A DNA stretch of 64,000 nucleotides. Origin: Candidatus Latescibacterota bacterium (GTDB lineage: Bacteria; Latescibacterota; UBA2968; UBA8231). This document shows, one piece after another, positions 19,321-29,100 of this stretch. A program made the translations under genes and the position numbers. The stretch is taken from assembly GCA_965197905.1 (NCBI GenBank), contig CBDAOB010000005.1, positions 2,560,001 through 2,624,000 of the forward strand. Reading direction: 5' to 3'. Position 1 is the first letter of the stretch, and each line of letters begins with the position of its first letter. The notes beneath the pieces were generated by a model. The model saw only the letters and a program-made list of their open reading frames with translations, was not told where the DNA came from and did no database searches.

Positions 19321-20355
19321 TCAGAAGATGAGGTTCAGGGAGAACCGAGTGTTGTCGTCGACCGGTGTGCCGTCTCCGATTATGTAAGCCACGTCGAGCT
19401 GGAAAATATTGTATCGAAGACCTACGCCTGCGGTCCACAGATTCAGGTCGCCGTCATCGTCCATCGAGCGACCACCTCGCATGGCGAAGAACGCATCCTC
19501 CTGGCCATACCGATATTCCGCGCCGAGATGGATGTCGATCTCCTTAAACTCGTCTCCCAGGGACTCATCCGCCCATGCCTTGAGCAGATTGCTCATAAAA
19601 GTGCCGTCGGCGATCAGCGGTTTGTAGATGTCCAGCGAAAACAGGAGGTCGTTGAACTCGCTATCCAGTGCCTCGTAAGCCAATCCGACGACGATGTGCT
19701 GCGGCAGAGGGTCCGCCTGGCTGGCGTCGATGTAGGCTATCTTGGGCCCAAGGTTTCTCAGGGCGGCGCCGAAGGTCAGCGTCGGATTGACCCGCCACAG
19801 ATAACCCAGGTCTGCGGCGAAACTGTTCCCGACCCCCTTGCCCCGCTCGATACCGGCTCCCTGATCGGCCAGGTTGCTGCGAATAAACTTCAAACCGATA
19901 CCCGCGGACATGTTCTGTCCGATTTCGGCGCCGTACGCACCCGAGACCGCTACATCGTAGCTGCGAAAGGTCCCCTGGGCGTTTCCCCGTTCGTCCGTCC
20001 GCAGCTGCTCACCGAGGTTTAGCAGCGCGATATTGACTCCGAAGTTGCCCCAACCCTCGATGGGCTGTGCATAACCGAGGAACTCATAAGAAAGATCGTC
20101 AGCCAACCCTGGAAGCCACTTCATGTGGGTAAAGTTCAGCTTCCTCCCTTGCTGGCCCGAGAGGGCCGCCGGGTTGAAGTAACTCGCCGTGGCATCGTCG
20201 GCGATAGCCACGTACGACTCCCCCATGGCGATGCCTCGGGCTCCCGGTTCGATCAAAAGAAACAGTACTGCAGACCGGCTCTCGGGTGTGGCGTGAGCAA
20301 CGGTCGCGCCGAGAGCGACGAACCCCGCAAACAGAAAGGCGCAGAGCTTGTTCAT
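19321..20355 (-). CDS. porV: Type IX secretion outer-membrane shuttle PorV
   Basis: FLLIEPGARGIAMGE...DDATASYFNPA, WLPGLADD, FIRSNL, FAADLG, NLGPKI. Directly downstream of porU. GAGGAGG RBS. Confidence 0.85.
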   Translation of the reverse strand: MNKLCAFLFAGFVALGATVAHATPESRSAVLFLLIEPGARGIAMGESYVAIADDATASYFNPAALSGQQGRKLNFTHMKWLPGLADDLSYEFLGYAQPIEGWGNFGVNIALLNLGEQLRTDERGNAQGTFRSYDVAVSGAYGAEIGQNMSAGIGLKFIRSNLADQGAGIERGKGVGNSFAADLGYLWRVNPTLTFGAALRNLGPKIAYIDASQADPLPQHIVVGLAYEALDSEFNDLLFSLDIYKPLIADGTFMSNLLKAWADESLGDEFKEIDIHLGAEYRYGQEDAFFAMRGGRSMDDDGDLNLWTAGVGLRYNIFQLDVAYIIGDGTPVDDNTRFSLNLIF

Positions 20356-20487
20356 TGAGAGACCTCCTCAGACTTGAGTTTGAGCTTTCGATACTGAATA
20401 CTGCAAAAACGTTCGCTCATTCCTTCAAGCTGCTCCTCCTGTTTCCTTTTTTGGTGTGCTGCTCGGATGTGGGATCGCGAGACAACA

Positions 20488-23400
20488 CTATTCCTGAATG
20501 ACTTGCAGGGCAGCGGTCCGTTTGACTGACTTGCCTTCTTCAGTCTTCGCCCGAACGCGATACAACAGAGTACCTCCGGCCACCTTGTGCGCAGGGTTCC
20601 ACGCAACCTGGTTGAAACCCAACTCAGTGGAACCCTCAATTTCGTCAACCAGACGGCCACTAACCGTGAAGATCTTAATATCGACCTCAGTTGCCATAGA
20701 CTTTAAAATGTACGTGAAGTGGCCTTCTTCGGCCATCGGATTCGGCACAAAAAGAACCTCGGTGAGAACCTCGGCGCCGGCCGCGGCGACATCGACCGTT
20801 ACTTCCACGCTCCCCGAGTTATTGAAGGAATCCCACGCCTTCAGACGTATCGAGTGCTCACCCGGTTCCAAAGCCGGGAGTTGGAATTCCAGGCTGCCTG
20901 TGGCATAACCATCGCCCGCAATGAACGCCTCGGTCACCTGAAAGACCTGGTTGTCAATCACCAGCTCGATCTCGTGGCCGGTCTCCCCCGTGATGTTGAT
21001 GCCACTGGGATCACTGATCGATGCCTGCAACACCGCCTCCTGCGGGATGGCGTCACCGGTTTCGAACCCGCTCTGCCCCTGAAATTGGATTCGAATAGCA
21101 GGACCTTCATCGTCTGCTGCAACGTCGTCGGCCGTACCGGCAAGCACCAATCCGTCTAACGATCCGAAGGCGCTCGGTCGGCCATCTGCCGATGCATAGG
21201 CGCTGACGCGACCGCGTACGCCGCGATAGGTAATGTCCTTGGGCACCCTGAACTCGGTTTCAAAGCGACCGTTCTCGACATTCAGATTCGCCCTGAACAG
21301 GGGCGACCCCAGCTGGACGTAAGTGAACCCGTCCAGCTGACTCGCAAGCGCCGAGTCGAATGCGTTTACGAGAACCTCGCCATTGAAATCGTTCGCGAAG
21401 TTGCCCTGCTGATCGACGATTCGACCGCTGATGTGCACGGCGCCGAGGGCCCGCAGGGTATCCGGGGCTACTAGAATGACCCGGTAACGAGGGCTTGCCA
21501 GGCGCATTGCTGGATCGCCGATCAGCGAGTATCGCTGCACATTGACGCGATCTATTTCGGAGATTTGTACCAGTTGCTTCGCCTCCATAAGCCCAAGTCC
21601 GACTGGGACGGCTTCGCGTTCAGAGCGGTACATCCTATCGTGAAACATATAGGCCAGGGTCATGTTGCTATGATGGAATCCGACCCTGGTGGCCGAAATC
21701 ATTCCGATTACCCCACCGGAGGGCAGCTTTAGAAGATCCTCGGGCATGGAGCTGCGCACCGGATCATCGAATGGGCCCACCTGACTGGCTGCCATAAACA
21801 TGAACGGGAGGCGAGAGCCGTTAGCTACATCACCCAGATCGCGGGAAGTGACGAACATCTGCTCATGGGCCAGGGTCTGCCAGTTGCCATGTCCGAGATA
21901 GGTGACGATGAGCGCCCCCTCGTTGAACCGCTGAAGGAATTCGTCGCGGGCCCGAGGTTTTAAACGACCCTCCAATGGAAACTGGGCCAGGTAGAGTTTG
22001 CGCAAGTCGAGTCTCGCCGGTAGAAAGCCGCTCGCCATGCGCTCGGCGTCCCAGAGAAACCACGACTCGACCTCCCCCGGTTTGTCGGAATTGTGCAAAT
22101 CGTCGGCGATGAGGAGAACCCGGCTTCGCCAGGCACCTTCTTCCAGCTCGCTATCGTAATCGATCAGCTTGTCCACCACTAAGTCGGCTTCCGCGGCCGT
22201 TTGGACCGTCAGCCTGCCGATCGCCATATCCGGGATCCGGTCATCTCCGGCAACCCGAACATACCACTCATCGTAGGTGCTTTCGCCATCTTGATACGGC
22301 GGGATCCAGTTGCCCGGACTGGTGCCCGAGTTGTTTTTGTAGTCATAGCTGCCGTCCCCCAAGAGAACCACATACAGCGGGGCGGGATCCCAGTTCTCGG
22401 CAGCGAATTTCATGAAGTTTCGAATCGCCGCCGGGTCGACCAACCCCCCGGAGAACTCGTCGTAGATGTCGGCCACGTCTACAACCCTGCTGGACAAAGC
22501 CGTGCCGTGCCGCTCGTCCTGCGCCCGCCATGCGGCCAGGCGTTCCGCTGCGGCGAGAAAGTCGCGGTGAGTTATGACCAGGTAGTTTGCTCCCTGACCG
22601 GCTCTTCTCAGGTTTGCCGAGCGATCGAGCTCCACCCTGATAGGTTTCTTCCATCTCTCCTCCCCAGCCACTAAATAACTCCGCGGTGCGGGGGCCGCCG
22701 CGTCCTGGAATCGAACCGTTCCCGCCACCGGGTCGTGGACGAAATCGACGATCTCGGCGAGCTCATCGGAGAATTCGAAGATTCGAGGCTGCTCCTGCCG
22801 GAATCCGGTAAGGTGATATTCCAGCAGATCCGAACCCACAATTCCATCGAAACGAAGCTCAGATCGTTGCGCTGAAAGCAGTCGCGAGTATTCAATTTCG
22901 TACCAGTCCAGTCTCGTGCGATGCTTGTTTTCGTGCACCAACCCCAAATGATTCACCCCTTCCCGTGCCCCCGCCTCGGCACGAAACTCAGAGGTATCAA
23001 CTTGGCTGCCGAAGTAGGATATCTTGCCGATCTCTTCGTCGTTCCACTTGACCGAGAATGGATGGTCTTGAAAAGTCCAGCCATAGAACCGAATGCGGAT
23101 ATCCACAGGCTCGTCGACGGCGTCGCGGACAGCGGTCGAGAAATTTCGAGCGTTGCCTTGAAAATCTTCCCAGTACCACTCGTAGCCGGACCGAACCGAA
23201 AAGGTCTGAATCAATATCTTTGCTTCCGTCTCCACATGCTCGCGAACCCTGTGATCGGTGACAACCTGTGGATCCGAGGCCTGGAGCGAGCCATCTCTAA
23301 CGACGTGGCGAAGCCCCGCTTGTGCGCCGGCAATCTCCAGCCAATAGATGTTCTGCTTCGTGTATAGATTGCGGCGAAAGGAGTATTCACCTCGGTTGCC

Positions 23401-24240
23401 GTGGTACTCCCAACGGGCGAGCGGTTGCGCGTAAAACAGAATCTCGTCGTCCGCATCGAAGCGCCCATCCCCTCCATCGTCGATCAGGATTGCCTGCTCC
23501 ACCAGCTGATCATTGGGCTCGTGCTCTATCGGTCGCGGGAGCATCCGTCCACCCTGATACAGCATTCGCGCCGTGAGCGGGTCAAAATCTGCCAGATCGA
23601 TGCCCGACTCCTGAAGATCCCTGCCGGTGATGAGGTAGATACCCTCGTCCTCTATGGCGATCTTGAGACGTGAAGTCGCGTCGCTTTGGAGCGGCCGGCC
23701 CAGTCGACGACGAGGCGGAACTCTCCAGTCTCGCGCCTGATGGTGGTTGGCTACGAGTCCTCGGTAAAACTCCTCGCTGTAGCTCTCCCTCCTGCCCCGC
23801 CTGGAGTAACCGGGATTGTCGAACTGCAGCTCTACCACGATGCGATCGTGATAAACCGTCGCCAAGCCCACTGAAAAGGTCGGGACAAAGACCAACTCCA
23901 CAACATGCTGATCGCGCAGGCGCCCTCTTTCTCCCAGAAAGACCGGAACCGTTTGCTCCCGTTCTGGTATCTCCACGAGAGGAGCCAGCGCGGCGACATC
24001 CACTTCCCGCATCTCGAGTACCTCTAAATGGACCTCGGCCTCCGGTGGGATCCCGATGAGAAAAGAGCGCCCCAGCGCACGTTGTAGATCCACCTGGTTA
24101 GCCGTGTACTCGAGGCGAAGATGGTCTTTGCCGGAGTCCAAGATGCGGAGATCGGCGTAGCTGGGAGCGCAGGCGGCCCCTATTATTACCCCTAAGAGGA
24201 GCCGGTAGACAGAGATTATGGAAGGGTTCAGACGAAACAA
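20488..24240 (-). CDS. porU: Type IX secretion sortase PorU (C25 gingipain family), catalytic Cys position read as Ser
   Basis: IYDEFSGG, LLGDGSYD, IGRL, YLGHG, LIGDPA, F.VPKDI, SGINITGETGH, LKAWD..NN and PNP CTD. LPFMFMAASQ where ATC is expected. Confidence 0.88.
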   Translation of the reverse strand: MFRLNPSIISVYRLLLGVIIGAACAPSYADLRILDSGKDHLRLEYTANQVDLQRALGRSFLIGIPPEAEVHLEVLEMREVDVAALAPLVEIPEREQTVPVFLGERGRLRDQHVVELVFVPTFSVGLATVYHDRIVVELQFDNPGYSRRGRRESYSEEFYRGLVANHHQARDWRVPPRRRLGRPLQSDATSRLKIAIEDEGIYLITGRDLQESGIDLADFDPLTARMLYQGGRMLPRPIEHEPNDQLVEQAILIDDGGDGRFDADDEILFYAQPLARWEYHGNRGEYSFRRNLYTKQNIYWLEIAGAQAGLRHVVRDGSLQASDPQVVTDHRVREHVETEAKILIQTFSVRSGYEWYWEDFQGNARNFSTAVRDAVDEPVDIRIRFYGWTFQDHPFSVKWNDEEIGKISYFGSQVDTSEFRAEAGAREGVNHLGLVHENKHRTRLDWYEIEYSRLLSAQRSELRFDGIVGSDLLEYHLTGFRQEQPRIFEFSDELAEIVDFVHDPVAGTVRFQDAAAPAPRSYLVAGEERWKKPIRVELDRSANLRRAGQGANYLVITHRDFLAAAERLAAWRAQDERHGTALSSRVVDVADIYDEFSGGLVDPAAIRNFMKFAAENWDPAPLYVVLLGDGSYDYKNNSGTSPGNWIPPYQDGESTYDEWYVRVAGDDRIPDMAIGRLTVQTAAEADLVVDKLIDYDSELEEGAWRSRVLLIADDLHNSDKPGEVESWFLWDAERMASGFLPARLDLRKLYLAQFPLEGRLKPRARDEFLQRFNEGALIVTYLGHGNWQTLAHEQMFVTSRDLGDVANGSRLPFMFMAASQVGPFDDPVRSSMPEDLLKLPSGGVIGMISATRVGFHHSNMTLAYMFHDRMYRSEREAVPVGLGLMEAKQLVQISEIDRVNVQRYSLIGDPAMRLASPRYRVILVAPDTLRALGAVHISGRIVDQQGNFANDFNGEVLVNAFDSALASQLDGFTYVQLGSPLFRANLNVENGRFETEFRVPKDITYRGVRGRVSAYASADGRPSAFGSLDGLVLAGTADDVAADDEGPAIRIQFQGQSGFETGDAIPQEAVLQASISDPSGINITGETGHEIELVIDNQVFQVTEAFIAGDGYATGSLEFQLPALEPGEHSIRLKAWDSFNNSGSVEVTVDVAAAGAEVLTEVLFVPNPMAEEGHFTYILKSMATEVDIKIFTVSGRLVDEIEGSTELGFNQVAWNPAHKVAGGTLLYRVRAKTEEGKSVKRTAALQVIQE

Positions 24241-24311
24241 TCGAGAATGTGCGCGGTTGGAAGTGGATCTTTAAGCTCGACGCTATCCCCTTAAATGTCA
24301 AGGGTTTCCGC

Positions 24312-24340
24312 TTGACGGGCTGCCCGGTCGGCGCTATATT
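24312..24340 (+). promoter_or_regulatory. sigma70-type promoter of rpmB
   Basis: TTGACG-17 bp-TATATT. Confidence 0.7.
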
Positions 24341-24365
24341 GTTCGCTTCAAACGGGAGTTGATCG

Positions 24366-24593
24366 ATGTCGCGTGTATGTAAAATTACGGGAAAGAAAAA
24401 TTTGGCGGGCAACGCTGTCAGCCATTCCCAGCGAAAAACCCGGAGAGTCCAGCGACCCAACCTGATCAAGAAACGTATCTTCCTTCCGGAAGAGAACAGA
24501 ACGGTCACGGTGAAGCTGAGCGCACGCGCATTGCGCACCCTCAACAAGAAGGGGCTGGAAAAGGTTATCAAAGAGCAGGGCTTAAAGCTCTGA
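24366..24593 (+). CDS. rpmB: 50S ribosomal protein L28
   Basis: MSRVCKITGK...GNAVSHSQRKTRR..PNL. Confidence 0.97.
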   Translation: MSRVCKITGKKNLAGNAVSHSQRKTRRVQRPNLIKKRIFLPEENRTVTVKLSARALRTLNKKGLEKVIKEQGLKL

Positions 24594-24621
24594 TTTGCGC
24601 TCGTCCTGAACGCAGCCCGCT

Positions 24622-24924
24622 TCAGGTCAGCAACTCGGAGATTTCCCGCTGGACTTGCTCGTCCCGTACCTGATCGATCACATCCTTAAAATACTGCGCT
24701 GCTCCGCTCAATATGAGCCGTTCGATGGCGCAGATTTCCTCGTCGGTATAAACCCCGGATTCCCGGACGAGGTCTATGTATTCGATCTTCGCTTCGACGT
24801 CTAGGTTCGAAATCGAAGCCAGCATATCGAACAATTTGTAGGCTGATTGGCTGTCCAGGCATCGATCGACGATCGTCGCGAGGCGTTCGTTTCTTGCCGC
24901 TGTCTGAGTGTCTGCCCTTTCCAT
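24622..24924 (-). CDS. Hypothetical protein (100 aa, helical)
   Basis: ATG 24924 preceded by GGGGAGG RBS, protein-like composition. Confidence 0.7.
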   Translation of the reverse strand: MERADTQTAARNERLATIVDRCLDSQSAYKLFDMLASISNLDVEAKIEYIDLVRESGVYTDEEICAIERLILSGAAQYFKDVIDQVRDEQVQREISELLT

Positions 24925-24979
24925 TTCTTTCCTCCCCTTCCGATACGGAATAGGTGTGTCCCGCTTCGGGAGTTCAGTT

Positions 24980-24995
24980 AGCAATGATTGGGCCG
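24980..24995 (-). promoter_or_regulatory. Candidate sigma-54 (-24/-12) promoter
   Basis: Minus strand CGGCCCAATCATTGCT with GG-N10-GC spacing, about 55 nt upstream of ATG 24924. Confidence 0.45.
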
Positions 24996-25173
24996 CCGTT
25001 GTGTGAGCGTCTCCATGAAAATCAGTACTGGCGGGTAACCTATTGTTAAAACTTTTGTTATGAATCATAATTCGGCGGTGGACCGCCACGGCTGTGTGCG
25101 ATCGGCGGTCAGCAAGGGGGAAAAAGTTTTCCAGGTGTGGACAAATCTTCCCACTTTCGGAACCTGAATGCCC

Positions 25174-25202
25174 TTGTCACTCATTTTGGCGGTCCATATT
25201 AT
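25174..25202 (+). promoter_or_regulatory. sigma70-type promoter
   Basis: TTGTCA-17 bp-TATTAT upstream of the Trm112-like gene. Confidence 0.5.
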
Positions 25203-25235
25203 TGATGACAACCTTCACCATCGAGGTCGGAAGAC

Positions 25236-25484
25236 ATGATCGACAAGGAATTGCTCGATATATTGGCCTGCCCTGAGACCAAGGAGCCGGTTCACCTGGC
25301 AGAAGATTCCATCCTTACAGATCTGAACGATCGGATCGGGCGGGGCGAGGTCGTGAATCGGGGTGGAAAACCAGTTGAGAAAAAGATCGACGGCGGTTTG
25401 GTGCGAGAAGACGGTGCTTTCCTCTATCCCATCGAAGACGACATCCCCATCATGTTGATCGATGAGGCGATTCCGCTGAAGTAG
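25236..25484 (+). CDS. Trm112/UPF0434 (YcaR-like) protein
   Basis: LLDILACP...YPIEDDIPIMLIDEA. Confidence 0.9.
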   Translation: MIDKELLDILACPETKEPVHLAEDSILTDLNDRIGRGEVVNRGGKPVEKKIDGGLVREDGAFLYPIEDDIPIMLIDEAIPLK

Positions 25485-25518
25485 CTGAAGTAGTCACTGA
25501 CCCGAAGCACGCTCCCGC

Positions 25519-26085
25519 TCAGGAGTCGGTTTCGGGCACTTCCACCTTCAACAGTTTCTTGCTGCCATCCTCGTTGGTCAGCAATAGTACCTGAGCGCCC
25601 TGCTTTCTGGCTTGTTGCTGATAGTCGTCCACCAGCTCGAGGGTGCGCTGGCGTTTCAATAGCTTCAGTTCCATGAGCTGGTTGAAGCCGTCCCTCGTGA
25701 TCACCGCAAACGGCTGACCTCTGAAATAGACCTGGTAGGACCGCAATTTCTGCGGTTGGTCGTCCGGTTGCCCGCTCGTGCCGGCTCCCCAGCGGTGTTC
25801 CAAACTGAGAACATAACCCACCGCATTGGCTGCTACCACAGCCAGATTGCTCGTTACCGTCAACGGATTCAGTAGATTCGAGAGCCACAAGGGGATGAGA
25901 CAAACAAGCATCAGACAACCCAGGAAGAAGAAGCCGAAACGGTACAGATGCAGCGACTGTCCCTTGGTTTTCCGATTCAGCATGAGGCGCACGAAGACGA
26001 CGGTCGCCGCGAAAAACAGCAGAAAAAGTGCGGGGATGATTGGGCTGAAGCCAGTCATTTCGAAAGGAAAAGCGTTTGGCGACAA
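25519..26085 (-). CDS. Hypothetical membrane protein (3 TM segments plus soluble tail)
   Basis: Three hydrophobic stretches in the 188-aa ORF. Start could be ATG 26058. Confidence 0.65.
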   Translation of the reverse strand: MSPNAFPFEMTGFSPIIPALFLLFFAATVVFVRLMLNRKTKGQSLHLYRFGFFFLGCLMLVCLIPLWLSNLLNPLTVTSNLAVVAANAVGYVLSLEHRWGAGTSGQPDDQPQKLRSYQVYFRGQPFAVITRDGFNQLMELKLLKRQRTLELVDDYQQQARKQGAQVLLLTNEDGSKKLLKVEVPETDS

Positions 26086-26135
26086 GGCGGACGGTCTCGC
26101 TGTATCCTAGCGGACAAGGATAGGCCCTTCAGGTT

Positions 26136-29100
26136 TTATTTCACCAGGGTCATCTTCCGAACCAACGACATTTCCTGTACGCGGACGCGGTAGAGATAGA
26201 TTCCGGTCGCCACCGAGTGGCCGCGGTTGTTGCGTCCATCCCAGGCAGCGTTGTAGTAGCCCGGCTGCATGAAATCGTCGACGATGGTTCGTACCCTCTG
26301 GCCGGCCACGTTGAATATATCGATTTGTACGAGTACGAGGCTCGCCACCATGTTGAACGCCGGCACATTGAAGGGAATAGTCGTGCTGGGGTTGAACGGG
26401 TTCGGATAGTTCTGCCCCAGGGTAAAGCTCTTCGGGACCGCCAAGCCGCGCGGGTCTGAGAGAAAGCGAATGTCAGTGCTCTCGTAGGACGAGCTCAAGA
26501 ATTGTCCGTTCCGCAGTTCCAACGAATTCGGGAACCCATTCGTAAAGAGCCGCACCTTGATGCGCATCAGCTCTCCATCCCCCGCAGCCGACCAACGTTT
26601 TCCGTGTCGGGCTGCAGCTACGGAAAGCCTGCCGTCCTCCTGTTCCAGCCGTCTGAAGTAGCCGGCCGGATTGGGGGCGAAGATCTCCCCGATTCCCAGG
26701 TCGATCTGCTCTAGCAGCTCCACCTCCAGTGGATCGTAAGAGAGGTCGAAGGCGTATCCGGCCAGATCCTCTAAAGACCTCGCGGCGAATACCAGCTCGA
26801 CCTCGCGGCCTGGGCGCCACTCGTCATCGAAGCCGGGCGCCAGGATCTCCAGCCCGGCTGCTCCGTTGCTGACCGTCGCCGGAACCTTGAAAACCGGAGG
26901 TGCTCCGAAACCGGTGCTATTGCTGATATTCGACGTCGTCACAGTCAGGTCCTCGACACCAACACGGCCGTCATTGTTGAGATCGGCCTGGGCGAAGCTG
27001 GTCGCAGCAGCATTCGCTCCCCACGCTGCATCGATGGCGTTGACGTCGTCTTCGTCGATCTCGTTGTCCTCCGTAACGTCTCCGGCCTTGAGTTCGCGTC
27101 CAGTCTGGCCCAGCAGAAAGGAGGCGTCCCCGCGAATATCGGAAGCGAAGAAGCCAATAGACGAGCTCATGGTCACCACCTCGCCATTGCGCACGGTAAT
27201 GGTATCGCTCCGGCCGCTGAGGTGACTAGTGTCCTTCACGGTCAAGACGTAGCGACCGGCGGGCACGCTCACGAGGGTGAGGGCACCGCTGCTGCTGGTT
27301 TTTACTTCAACGGTATCCGCGGTGGCGACGAAATCATCGTTCGACGTCTTAAAGCGTGAGTCTGCGATGTCGAAGGTACTTCCCGGAAGACGCAGGTGAA
27401 CATCCAGAAACGTGGTGTGGTCGCCGTTGCCGATGGGAGGAGAACGCCCCTCCAGCAGAACATCGCCCTTGATTCTACCCCGACTGATATTCTGCAGTCG
27501 GCTGCTCTGTGTCGAAAGGCCGTTCGATTTCGTCAGCGCCACGCCGCTGCCCACGAGGCTCAAAGAAGTGGTTTCGTCGAACAGAAGGTTGAGCGCCGAG
27601 GAGAAGCTGCTGTCGATGACCGCCCGAAAGCTTGCCAGTCTGGCAAGATCCAAGGCGGTGCCGATAATCTCTCCGCCGCCCTTACTCTTCGAGTACCTCA
27701 CCACCGTGCCGATCGTCGTATCCTCCACGACAGTGCCCCCGACAAAAACGCCATTGAGGTCGGTAAAGGGACTGGTAGGATTCACCACGCTGAGTTTAGT
27801 GCTGGCAAGGTCGACAATGGCGCTAACCGCGTCGGCGGAGACACCGCCGGATTGCACCAGAACCTCGAAGGTCAAGGTGTCTCCGACGCTGCCCTGGAAC
27901 TTTGCCGGCACCATGGCCAGGTTCGGATTGGCGCTCGATCCGACACCGAGGATCAGCTGATTCGAACCTTCGCTCACCCGCCCAGCCGTATTGTTCACGA
28001 ATGTGGGATCGGCGCCGATGCCGGCGTAGATGCTGTATGTCGCCGTCGGAACAGTAAGGCCGCTGCTCCGCGTATCCCAGTTAAACGCGTTGCTGCTGTC
28101 CTCTCGGATCGTTGCGATGGTGCCGCTGGTGGTACCGTCTGAACTGTTGACGATATACGTGTCGTCGCTGCCACCTGACCCCAGCACGTTCGTCTCCAGG
28201 GTTTGCAACGAGGTGAGACCGGCTGTCCTGGAAGCGTAAAGCCTGATGTAGGCATCCTCAGTCCCCGATTGATCGTCCACCATGTAGTCGTCCCACTCCA
28301 AACGCACTATGTCCCCCCCGCTGGCATCGCCGAATCGACTGTTCAGGATTATGTACGGATTGTGGGTTATGGTGACCGACCCGCCGCGGGATACCGTCAC
28401 GTTGCCAGATCCATCTGTACCTTTGGCGTAGAGCCAGACCCGTCGCCTACTTTTGGGAATTTCGTTTGGTGGAGTGCGGAGGTTCCAGGCGTACATATCG
28501 TTGGAGCCGTCGGAATTTTCCGTCAGGCCCTCAACGATCGTTCCCTTGCCCCCGGCAGTGTTGAGCGAGGTGGTATCGGCCCCCGATTCGGTGGAGTGAT
28601 CGGTGACTGCGGGGTCGTCTGTCGTGAAAAAAAGATCTATCTTCGCGTCCTCGTCCAGATCCTTGTCCCCGGGGCCCTTCTGCCATTGGATCGTGTACAC
28701 CGGCTGGGACCCGGAATCGATATCCCGCTGGGTGTCCTTTGGAGGCTCGTAGAAGGTGAACGACGGGGAATGCCTGACCACCAGTTGCTGCGCACTGTTG
28801 CCCACTACGACATCGGATGAATCGGTCGCCACGGCATAGATGAAATAACCTCCCTGGGCAACCAGAGGACTTGTGACATCCCACGAAAATTCAGTGTTCC
28901 GCGTGGTCAGTGATGTGGAATCGGTAATGGCTGTTCCGCGAGTACCCGACACGCTTTTCCCCAGCGCGAATTTCTGATTGGGGTAAACGCCGCTTACCGA
29001 AACAGAGGTGATGCCGCTGACGTCAGCGTAAAACAGCTGAATGCGGGCTTCGGTGTCGAAATCCGCGATCGTAAAATCCAAATCGTATGGATTCGCCTTG

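Noticed and set aside
20395..20420. Possible sigma-54 site upstream of porV (TTTTTGCA on the minus strand)
   Set aside because: Lacks the GG at the -24 position.
25475..25493. Short direct duplications at stop codons (GCTGAAGTA x2; also CTAGTAGA x2 at 12223-12238)
   Set aside because: 8-9 bp tandem copies with no element between them. No evidence for target-site duplication or insertion.
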